This document shows, piece by piece, positions 53,673 to 64,000 of a stretch of 64,000 bases of DNA; position 1 is the stretch's first letter; every line of letters begins with the position of its first letter. Source of the DNA: Phoronis australis. Taxonomy: Eukaryota; Animalia; Phoronida. The position numbers were made by a program, and so were the translations under genes. Below the pieces are notes generated by a model. It saw nothing but the letters and a program-made list of their open reading frames with translations. It made no database searches and was not told where the DNA came from. The stretch lies in assembly GCA_002633005.1 (NCBI GenBank), contig NMRA01000013.1:1657095-1721094 (forward strand), read 5' to 3'.

Positions 53673-54720
53673 CCCGTGCGTGAACTTGGAATATTGCGTG
53701 TACTGGAATTAACCGGAACAAGGGGTTTGGACTGAAATCATTACAAAACCGGAAAACTAGGTGAGAAGAATTCCAAAAAGATCGAAACAAAGCATCCGTG
53801 ACCAGGTCATGATTAAACTGGTTAGTACCGAGGGACTTGAGTGAAAAAAGTCACCACTAGTGGACTGTAATGTGTTCCCTCAGTGATGTACATGTACCGG
53901 GCATTCAAGGTCGGTAGCCGGCGTCACGGCTACAGTGCCTTTTCAGTCGAGTCACTAACGGGCCTATCGTTATTTCAGTTTCTGAATGTTGTACTGTTGT
54001 TGTCTGTTCCAATAAATAAAGCCTGGTGTTTGAAATTATCACGGTGCCTGGTTGAGTATTTGATGACTGAAGTGAATTGTTTCATTTAATATGCCTATCT
54101 CGAAGGAGTAAAGGAACTCTAAACAGCTGTTTTATTGTGTATTATGATATATTTGACTTTGTAAAGGCCTACTACTCTTGCTTAAACTTGGAATAACTCA
54201 AAAATCGTGTGGTAAATCAAACATCACCTAAATGGTTACAAAGCATTGTAAATTCATTTTCTATATACTTTTGGATGCTTTATGCTTGATTAACTTCATG
54301 GACTTCTGCTTTACAAAAAATCATTGGGAAACCACATATTCCCCAACTAGTTGCAATACATTGTAAATGCATTCGCGCACCCAGCCTTCAATATGGGGGG
54401 GGGGCTCGAATTCCTAGCGTTGTGAACCTTTTTGGTAACAAAATCGCCGACGGGCTAAAAAAACCAGCGCACATCTGTGAGCGTTTTGTGCTTGTTTAGT
54501 GGACTTTTGTCTCATTTTCTCGGACTTTTTGTTTCTCGCAGGCGGACCTTTTTGCCCACTTCGCCAATTAATGGGGGGGCTCATTCGAGCCCCCTCCCCC
54601 CTCCCCCCGGGTGCGTGCATGAAATGCATTTTCTATTACTTTTGGAACACCCTTGAATGCATTTGTACTTGTTCTCTGTCTAATTCCAAGTTCACGCAGG
54701 ATTCCAAGTTCACGCACGGC
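53673..54720. mobile_element. ~1-kb non-autonomous TIR element with tandem gcgtgaacttggaat subrepeats, upstream of thioesterase B
   Basis: ccgtgcgtgaacttggaat at ~53673 is the reverse complement of attccaagttcacgcacgg at ~54701-54719; extra motif copies at ~53545, 53587, 53637. Confidence 0.75.
54370..54621. mobile_element. Nested MITE with 5-bp TSD
   Basis: TIRs cattcgcgcaccc / gggtgcgtgcatg; aaatg at 54365-54369 and 54622-54626. Confidence 0.78.
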
Positions 54721-57700
54721 AGCACGACGTTATCGCTTCATAGGTCAAAACTAAACTAGGTCACTGCAGATGGGAAAGTGGTGTTCGACACACATTTCGA
54801 AACATCATTGTTTCATTCTGAAGTGGAAATAAAGTGAAGCAGTAACACCACCTCAGAGCAAAAGCTGGAAACATACGTACACAGTGGACCAAGCCAGGTG
54901 TGAAATACTGCAAAATGACAAATGAAGGGGGGGGGGGGGGNGTGCTGCTTATTCAAAAGCGGGGACTCCATTACTTCCAATCCCAGCACATCGTGCTCTA
55001 CGTAACGAATTGTCCACATTTTAAGAATCCAGAAAGAACGAGCATTCTGAATCAGTAGTCAGATTTTTGTTATTACTTTGGGGAGGAAACTTAGTGTGGA
55101 CGGAATTTGGGGTTTGTGGCCCCGGGATTTTTTTCTCGGTTGTGAATTAACCAATTAAAAATCAGTAGCATAAGTTCATGAGTGTTTTTTCAGACTCTTG
55201 ATAAGCTCCGGGACGTAAAGAAAGGACTCATTTCCACTATATTGTGCCACGTACGTAGGCAGCACGTACCTGAATAACTGTAGTGTGCCACCATAAACTA
55301 TAGCACATTTACTGTCTATAATCTATGGTGCCACCCAACCTTTGCCCATCCTCTTTAGAATCTTCTACGAGATGGCTCTGTTGAACCGTATTTCTTCACT
55401 ACGCAGAAGCAAGTTCTACAGCTAGCTTCGACTACTACTGATACTTCATCTGACTGTCTGTCAGTCTTCTGCCCAAATTATAATAACAGGCTAATAAAAA
55501 CCACATTATTTCATCTAATCATATCATTGGCTGTTGCAAGCTGATCTCAGAAAGTTTCAGAATCCTTACATTACATTGACCCCAGAACACTAGGCAAACA
55601 TCATTTAAAAGTACATGTTAACATCAAAAGTACATGTAAACAAGTTTGACCCCATGGTTTTAAAAGTACATATGCAAAAGTTTTGTGCAACTTTAAGTTC
55701 ATGGAACTATTATATCAATTACAAAATCGATATTTTTTCTGACCGTGTGTCTAATTTGTAGTAAAAGAGTAAATCTGAATTCATAAAGGAAAAGCATCTT
55801 GATCACGTCAACTTAAAACTTATTTCACATCCCAACACCATAATATACTGGCCGTTTAATGAAATGCGGCGGAACATTCGTGATTTTGAAAGTGGCGCAC
55901 TTTTGAGAATGTCAAATTGGGCATTCTTATGTGAGGCTCATTGAACTAAAACAGATCTAAAGTCGGTGATTTTCTATTTTTTCATTTTTCATAGCAAACT
56001 CTTTGGACATCAAAATGAATTAAAGAAAACATTAACAGTGTTACTTTTTATGTGAAGCCCTAGTAAACGCTAAAATTCGATAAGGTAAGAAAAATCGAGA
56101 TAAAACGTTTCCTTTCGGCGACGTAAGAATTGTCAACAAGCTGGCCAGGAAATGAAGGCTGTTAAAGAGACATTATCGGACGTACGACTGCATTTTGGGA
56201 ATTATTGTAGGATGGGATAGACTTCTTTAAACTGTTAGTTTTGGCCAGAACTATAAAACAACAAAACGCGATGTTGCTTTAATTTTGCGATTTTATTACG
56301 AAGCTCTAATTCTTGCCGTTTTATGCCAAGCATTCGCTGAAATCAAGGCCCGTGATTTTACTGGTCAACTTGCGCTTATACTCCCTGCCAGTTGTCGAGT
56401 GGGATTAGCTCCGCCAGCACGCAGAGCTTACCCATAGAACAAATAACTCCTGGAACTAGTTGTCGCTTGGTTTGGAGGCTGCCTGGACGCCTACTGAACT
56501 ACTGCAACGTACATGTACCGAGGTAGGGCAACTTGTTCTAGGGTAACTTGCACCACTTCTAATCGCTGTCTGGCCACAAAACTGGGGTAAGGCGGAAGTA
56601 ATTGTATTAGTTTTTTGTATTTTCTTTTTGTAGATTTTAAAATTTGTCTGATAATAGCACTTGTGCTAATGTTTCATTGTTAAACCTCACCGACTTTTAA
56701 ATAAAGATTATTACTACTCACTACTGCTAGCTGCATATTCACATCGGCTGTCCATTGTCGCGCACAGACCGACAATTTCCGCCTTACCCTAATTATCAGA
56801 TCGCTACACTTAGATTTGAGTTAAGTTACTATAGTGCAAGTTGCTTTAGGGGGGCTGCGCGTGGACGCGGGGATTACAGATTCGAATCGGCGCTGAGAAT
56901 GTATCTCAGAAAATCTTTTCTTCCGTTGAGTTCTGGTTAACAAAAGATCTGGTATCGGTCAACGAAAGTATGATTGCGGCATTTTTCCAGTGAATCATGT
57001 CTTTTTGCACATTCCCCATTTTGCCACAGGTGCTAATTCCACTGGCAGTCATTTTTATTGGAAATGGGCGAGACTTTACGGCTTCAACGTCACCATGGCA
57101 AAAGAAAGGCGGCACAAATGAAATGTAAAGAGTCACTACACACAAAGTCGTGAACACGGCACACTCGATGTTATAGACATTGTTTACTCTGTAAATAGAC
57201 TTACTGTAGGCCTTTAGGAATCTCGCCGTCACCGTTGTGCTCGTGCTTGTGCGTGCCTACACGTGTCCCAGAAGCCGATGTAAATAAGCGTGAAAATGAT
57301 TTTCTGTGACGAAAATTAATATTTCGTTCTTCCTTTGTAATAATTGGGAGATGTTTCGACTCCGAATCCAAAACTCCAAGAATTGTCAGGATCAAGCTCA
57401 AGACAAAACGAGGAATTGAGAATTGCGGAACAGATTGGAAACGTTTACACCGAGCCGGTAAGAAAATGAAGCGAAAGGAGCGTAGCGGGAGGGGGGTTGA
57501 TGTTTATTGTCACGCAGCCATTGTGCATTTGTCAGGTAAAAGTTGGGCCATTAAAAAGTGTGTCTAGGAGCACAACCCTATTTGGCTACTACGAGTGTGT
57601 GTGATGACGAAGTCAATAGGAAAAACGCACGCTGGTGCTTTAAGTCATTGGTTTGACAATATTCTACCTGTTGAAATAAGCGCATTACACATAGCGGTTA

Positions 57701-59903
57701 CCGGCCGGGCTAATCTTGTCATTCCCGTCGTCATGAGAAGAACTTATGTAGAACCGACCGCGACCGATCGAGAGTGAGTCACTGCGAGTATGTATCGATC
57801 TGGAGGGGGAGGAAGGGGTGGCTGCAATCACTGACACCGCTTGTCCAGTGAAAACACCACGTGGAGTCCCTGTAAGGAACACGTCACTGATCGCGTGTTC
57901 TGGTTCGCAACAATGTTTGTTGCATAGCAGTTTTATTGGGAATTTTAAATTCAAAATAAAGTAACAATTTCGGCGAGAAAAGTGGTTTTCTGAGATTAGT
58001 CTTAGCTCTGATTCGAATGTACAGGCCCACGGTGATAGTTAAATGCTCTGTTGACAAAATGATAGTTTTAAGATTTTTACTGAAGTGGTAACATCACTGC
58101 GGCTTTGATTTCAGCTAATGTTTTGCATAAAACGACGAGAATTGGCGATTTGTAATAAACTCATAAAAACAGCGGCTTTTGTTGTTGCATACTTATGGCC
58201 AAAGTTATTATGTTCAGGAAGTCTATCCCATCCACAATAATCCGGCCCAAAAGGCGTTTTGGCTGTAAAACCGAATCTTTCTATTTCATTAATGTGGTTT
58301 CAAGTTAAACCGAGTGTAAATTGGACTTAGAGCAGTTAAGATTATCCGCATGTGGTTTAACGTTTAGACGAGGGGTCTTGTAAAACCTGGTTTGAGCTCC
58401 AGCTTAAAACTGCATATCTACTAAGCCTGTTTTCATTTCACTACCGAGGTCTGAGTTCCTTTTTTACCTTAGACATGTATTAAGATCTTGAACCATTGAT
58501 AAATTTAGACCTGGTAATATACAAATTTAAAACTGGATGACAGTCTTGCGCGGTATACGAGTACATGTGCTCATGTACTATTTTCAGTTTTAGAACCACA
58601 CGGACCTCATTCAAAGGTAGACCAGTACCTGTTGCAGGGTGACTTTGGACTACCCAGAATACGACTTACAGTATCGAGTCGGGCGTCATCGTGGTAAGCG
58701 TTACGGGCTGGGCTGAAGACGGTGTCATATCTGATCAAGTCTAACATCTTCTGTCTGAGTTCCACCTCCTTTAGGTCCAGTAGGTTTAGGGGAGGGGGTA
58801 GGACCCACACCATTGGCTATCCACAAAAATAAATTGTAACATGACCCGGATATGCATAGTGTATGATGTTGTTGGCATGTGCATGCTTGTATGTGCTCGG
58901 GTGTTGGGCGCTGATATCACATCCGAATGAAAAAGTTGGCCTCCCTCTCATGATATCCTAGAATCGGGCCGCCACTGGGTCTCCCGCACGTTTTCTCTGT
59001 GCAACATTTTTTCGCTTATGTAAAATTCTCTTTGGGCTTCGTTTTTGAGCTTTTCAAAAAAGTCCCTTTATTAACTCATTTGTCCCTGCATTTTTTCCGA
59101 TTTCAGTGTAGGAATTGTGCAATGAGTCTTTCCAATTAAGCCGGTTGCCCTTTTCGACTCATTTTATTGGTGACAGACCCACAAGCAAATGTTTGCACTG
59201 CATTCTTCAACTACGTAATCAAGATTCCATTGAAGCACAACACTTCAATAGTTTTTTGGGGTTATTCCAGATCGACTTGTGTTCGTGGGCTACTTAAAAC
59301 ATGGTTTTACTCAACCGACTCCCTGGTCTCTCAAAACCAAGGTTTCAAGTTATTAAGTTACCTTGGTGAAATGCGAGTTATTCCCATAATTAGACCAGGT
59401 TTAAGACTTTCTCTTCCAATAGGCCATAGCGAAAGCCAAGCGTTTGTTTATTCGTCTTTGAATCGAAAATGGATCTATGAGCATTATCAGGAAGAGATGG
59501 TTATCTCTTCCTGGCATTATGAATAATTCACGTAACTTGGACTGTGCGACACTAGAACGGCCTGTTTTCTTCGTCTTCATTTGATGAAGTTTTGTTTACT
59601 CAAGAACGTACCTTCTATATATAGTGACTGGTATTACTTTGGTGGTATAAGCCTTCTCAATAAGGTACGTGTGACTTGAGCGAGCAATATTATTCCTGGT
59701 CAAGAGAGGTATAAAACGCGTGTTTATCGATCTCTGCAGTGCAGAACATTTCGGAAAGTAGTCCGCAAGTATATAGGTACTTTCCATGTATAGTATCGTC
59801 TGAGCTAAGTAAACACCAGTTTTACATAATGTATTTATATTCCAATACAGTCACCGATATGTCATACGTAAGGCCTATGTGTATTCTTTCAGTCGCAGAG
59901 TTG

Positions 59904-61484
59904 ATGGGTGATCGCCACAACGCTCATGTTAAAACGGTGCTAGCATTTAACAGATCGTCGGGACGCATAGCTATTAACGCAGTGAACACTTGTCGAGACC
60001 TGATCATCAAGTTGAACTGCCAGCACTTGGAACTGAAAGAGATGCTTCGACGAGGTATATGCCGTCAGGTTTTTGAAGTGCGAGTATGGTTGTTAGCCCT
60101 TGCCATTACTAGTATAGTCATATTTTGCGAAAATGTATTTCTCACCCACCAGTTCCCTCGAAAAAGAGAAGTTGTCAGATTGAAAAGTGTTCGCTCTAAC
60201 TCACGTGCTAGAGACGAGGACGACCAACTGGTGTCTGACAAATCAGCAAGTATAAACTATAACCGCGGCATGACAAATGATGCTGTGAACGGTACAGAAG
60301 TAGAAACCCCATATTACCTCGGCTGCTGGCTCGTGCCCACAGCAAAGCACAAAAAGAAGTCGAAAAACCTGACTCCAGGAAGGTGCATAAAACATTGTTC
60401 TAGACACCAGAGAAGATACGCAGTGATCAATAACGGAAACCAGTGCGGCTGCGAAAATCTATTGCACGAATACGTCACCGGAAGTGATTGCAACAAGCCT
60501 TGTGCTGGCCAAGGAAACTTCGATTGTGGTGGTCGCTACACGTCTAGTGTCTACGTCGTAAATGAGGTATATCCGTCTTTGCTCTTACACGACGGCGAGC
60601 CGCGGAAGGTTTTGCTTCTGGCGTACATGAGGACAGGGTCTACGTTTACATCGCAAATGTTTAGCACGTACGCAGATTCCTTTTACATTTTTGAGCCTTT
60701 TTTTAGACTCGAAAAACTGAAGCACTTGTCTGTCATTCAAAACCTCTTTAGCTGCCAGTTCCAACAAGTTCCTAAGGACGTGCTCATACGTCAATGGAAT
60801 TATTGGCACAGACATCATATGCAAAAATCCTTGTCGCACTTTTTCTCCTGCATGACGAAGTTGCGTTTAGAAGGTTATTATCGCTGTCTGCCATTGGCAA
60901 CAGTTGCATGTGAAAGGTCTACATTAAGAATCATCAAAGAGATAGAGATCACCATGGACGCTGCCGTTACCATGCAACAGTTGATACCTGATTTATACGT
61001 GTTTCACCTCGTTCGCGACCCCCGAGCCGTGACAAACTCTCGTTTGAAAGTACAAGAGAGAAACACTCCACGACATTTAGATAAATACTGCAATGACGTT
61101 CTCAAAGATATAATGGCCTCAACCAAGATTCCTAGGGAAAATTTCTATTTTTTGCAATATGAAAAAATATCGGAACATCCGTTGGAAACTGTGGAATCGC
61201 TGTATAACTTTATAAACATGACCTTGACGCAGGAGGTCCTGGAATGGGTAAAAACTGCAACGGGAATGAAAGACAAATGCCGTGGCGTGAAGTGCATTAG
61301 AAACTACAGCACTATGCGGAAAAACTCGTCCGCAACAGCTTACAAATGGAAAGCTTCTATTTCATACAAGATTGTTCGTTACGTAGACTCGCGATGCAAG
61401 AAGGTTTATAGACAACTAGGATATTTACCTGTGCTAAGTGAACACGAACTCAGAAACCCACTTTTTAAACACAGAACGTGGTGA
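59904..61484 (+). CDS. WSC-domain-containing carbohydrate 6-O-sulfotransferase-like (CHST1/3/5-type) type II Golgi membrane protein
   Basis: Acceptor ttctttcag at 59892; ATG 59904 (or 60042); TM VWLLALAITSIVIF; WSC YLGCW...RCIKHC...NGNQCGC...CNKPCAG...CGG; 5'-PSB YMRTGSTF; FYIFEP; 3'-PB HLVRDPRAVTNSR; LQYE; stop 61484. Confidence 0.9.
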   Translation: MGDRHNAHVKTVLAFNRSSGRIAINAVNTCRDLIIKLNCQHLELKEMLRRGICRQVFEVRVWLLALAITSIVIFCENVFLTHQFPRKREVVRLKSVRSNSRARDEDDQLVSDKSASINYNRGMTNDAVNGTEVETPYYLGCWLVPTAKHKKKSKNLTPGRCIKHCSRHQRRYAVINNGNQCGCENLLHEYVTGSDCNKPCAGQGNFDCGGRYTSSVYVVNEVYPSLLLHDGEPRKVLLLAYMRTGSTFTSQMFSTYADSFYIFEPFFRLEKLKHLSVIQNLFSCQFQQVPKDVLIRQWNYWHRHHMQKSLSHFFSCMTKLRLEGYYRCLPLATVACERSTLRIIKEIEITMDAAVTMQQLIPDLYVFHLVRDPRAVTNSRLKVQERNTPRHLDKYCNDVLKDIMASTKIPRENFYFLQYEKISEHPLETVESLYNFINMTLTQEVLEWVKTATGMKDKCRGVKCIRNYSTMRKNSSATAYKWKASISYKIVRYVDSRCKKVYRQLGYLPVLSEHELRNPLFKHRTW

Positions 61485-62412
61485 CTTTAGTATTTATTTA
61501 GTGACGTGAAATCAATTGTATCAAAGGGACCCATAGTGCTCTAAATATGCTATAGTAGAGGATATCCTCCAAATGTTCTGAGTGCTACACGCATTGGTCA
61601 GTGGGCTTTGATTTGTAGATAACACTTAGCTCTTATGCTTGGTTTCACCTGGAAATTTACGTTGTTCTTGTATGGCACACGCACTCTATGTTTCGCCATA
61701 GTGGGCAATAACTAAAACCCCATGGGTTTGGTCAAAAATCAACTTTTGATCCGACCACTTAGGCCTACTGTTACATCATCTTTTGCCTTACTCATATAAA
61801 AACTAATTTCTAGGTTTGAGAAGAACTAGAGCGTCATATATAAGGCCAAGCCCATTCAGTTGCTTGTCACGGCGGGTTAATTTCGTTCACCAACTGAATG
61901 CACTAAGCCCCTGTGGCGGTCAGGGAAACGCCAAGTGATTTATTGCAACAATTTCAAGCCAAACAAAGGATAATAACACATTGGGGATTGTTGGAAGAAC
62001 AGATACGCCTATAAAGAAAGGTGATGATTTTAACACCATAACATATGGTTTACAACGTCTTTACGGAAAGGACGAAGAGCAGCCTCAAGAGCTCTATTGA
62101 TTCAGAACCACGTCAATTGTATAATGTGGCATGCAAACATAGAAGACATATAGGGATAGCATAGTGCATTCTGATGACTGTTTATTTCACATTCAGCATA
62201 TTCCAGAGTTCCACGTGCATTTTTCTAACCTCAGATTTCTCTTCGGAGGTGAAAGTTATTACCAATCACGACCAGTCATTCTTCAGTTTGAAATTCACAT
62301 GAACTGCCGGCAGATAACGTTCACCTCCGAGAAGAAATTTGAGGATACGACTGAAAACTCCCAAACGGTTTTCCAAATGGCATGGTTGCACAGAAACGCC
62401 GTGTTCGTTTGT

Positions 62413-62669
62413 TCATTTCTCGGGTTGGTACCCGACAGGTCGGATCATCATGTTTGTTCTCTTCAATGATTTGTGGAAGCCTCTGAAAGTGTTCCAGATG
62501 ACACCCTGGTAGCCGTTTTTGTTACCGTACTGCCCGTTCAGACTGGAGTGGGCACACGCGTTGTACCACCACGCACCTATCCAGCGGACAGCACAAGACT
62601 TGGACCAATGGTCGTTGTCTCTATCTTTGGTGCTAAAGGCTTGTCCGTTGTGGTAATTAAGGGAATTAC
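62413..62669 (-). CDS. Fibrinogen-related domain (FReD/ficolin-like) protein, last exon; not in ORF track
   Basis: ctcttttag|GT AAT...: GNSLNYHNGQAFSTKDRDNDHWSKSCAVRWIGAWWYNACAHSSLNGQY...GVIWNTFRGFHKSLKRTNMMIRPVGYQPEK*, classic fibrinogen C-terminal motifs. Confidence 0.93.
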
Positions 62670-63360
62670 CTAAAAGAGTTGACAGTTAAAATGTTCAATG
62701 AACTGTTTGTTTTCATTTCAAAATTAACATTCCCTTGTCCCCAAAGCGTTTTTCTCGGTTTTCAATTGAAGAGTTTTTACATAACATATGAAACATTGAG
62801 GTATAAATGGTCTTACATAAAATGTTGGTAAGAACAACCGTCAGATTAGCTTGATAACGTTAGCAAACAAGTGTTCGGAAATAGTGGAAGCGACATCGGG
62901 ATTCTTTAAAACAAGAAAAGCTCTACACGCACTGACTCGTAGCAGACATAACTAACTTTTTTGGTTAGTTCTACTCATTGACAAATGTGGTTCATCAGTC
63001 TTTATTTTGTTGTGCAATATTGTAAAGAATCAACGACATACTAAGGTTTTTGGGGAAAGTCATTTTTGTTCAAAAATCACATCGTCTGATCAACTGCAGC
63101 TCACTTTCGTATTATTACCACAGAAAGTCAGCCTTGGCATCCAGCCGTAGAAGACAAAAAGGTTTTGCAGCTAACTGTACCAGGAATAACCACTGTACTG
63201 TACTGTGGTCAGATATAAGGCTGGACATTGTCAACTAAGACACGAGAGGGAAGCACTATAAATTAAACTGATTGGCATTAAACTGAAAAGTTTAATTGCG
63301 TGTACGTAATTGCAGTTTTGCATGAATGAAAACATTACAAATACAGCAGTTTGTATTTAC

Positions 63361-63385
63361 CTGCGTTGCCAGAATAGGAGCCAAT
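63361..63385 (-). pseudogene. Residual 3' part of the penultimate FReD exon
   Basis: ATT GGC TCC TAT TCT GGC AAC GCA G|gtaaat = IGSYSGNA(G), phase 1 joining the last exon; FReD similarity stops upstream of 63385. Confidence 0.7.
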
Positions 63386-64000
63386 GGGGCTATTCGGAAA
63401 ATTCTCCTCGCGATGTCGCTGCTGTACTAGTGGTGATTGAATTGCGCATGCGTGGCTGTCTGCATGTAAACAACTGGTAAAAGATGGAATTTTTATCAAA
63501 ATACGTCGTCGCGCTAAGCCTTATTACTGCTAATTTCCCTGTTGCAAGTCTTCGAAAGGTGGACACAAATTCCCAAAAGACCTAATGTTACTATATTCGT
63601 GGACAATTGCGGTAAACAGGGTCAACTAACTGACAAAAAGTGTGTGGATGCTGAAGCCCCGTGTGTGCTCTATGACTACGCAGTTCCATTCGGAGACTAC
63701 ACAACATTACTTGGTAAGTTTTTAGCAATCACTTTCTATCAACATCGTTCGGTGATGTTATCCCCTCCAGTTACCCCACTGAATAACTGGTTTATTGAGT
63801 GGAACTAAGTGTTTCTTTTTGGAAACTCACCCGATGCCGGGTAGGCGCTAGCAGCACATATTCATATTGTCCTGGGTGGGAGTGCTCCCAAAATAAGAGG
63901 TGTATGGTACGTGATGCACAGAAGTCAAGAGTGACTTTTTCACAGCAGTTTCTCTTCAAAACTATGCTGTTTCCAATAAAATTCTCTAGATGAGTGAGTT
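63386..64000 (+). mobile_element. Probable DNA transposon end (ISL2EU/Harbinger-like) inserted in the FReD exon
   Basis: Begins AT|ggggctattcgg exactly where FReD similarity is lost; THAP-like YCPGWECSQNKR...VTFSQQF at ~63866-63955; the other end lies outside the window. Confidence 0.4.

Noticed and set aside
59739-59903. ORF-track N-terminal extension of the sulfotransferase from a GTG start
   Set aside because: Eukaryotic locus; the segment contains a polypyrimidine/AG acceptor at 59892 and is probably intron.

Overview
Intron-containing, AT-rich animal (probably lophotrochozoan/mollusc-like; inference) genomic window, not prokaryotic; most ORF-track entries are spurious. By manual splicing I reconstruct: (1) a complete 4-exon KLF5 ortholog (- strand, 20730-30982, ~433 aa); (2) a tandem pair of 2-exon double-hotdog acyl-ACP-thioesterase-like genes (- strand, 37225-42410 and 44281-53470) sharing one phase-1 intron position, each intron hosting a large decayed DNA transposon (a pogo-like element carrying OTU and PHD domains; a probable internally deleted Kolobok element); (3) an intronless WSC-domain + CHST1/3-type Golgi sulfotransferase CDS (+ strand); (4) the 3' end of a fibrinogen-related-domain (FReD) gene (- strand), apparently interrupted by a transposon. 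Also present: a minimal Penelope-type hammerhead ribozyme motif, several MITEs with readable TSDs, a CTCF-like motif array, a 15-bp minisatellite and an N-flanked ~580-bp duplication that is probably an assembly artefact. No CRISPR, rRNA or tRNA is supported. The best candidates for something undescribed are the thioesterase active/pseudoenzyme pair, the OTU-bearing pogo transposase and the WSC-CHST fusion. All family assignments rest on motif recognition, not database searches.
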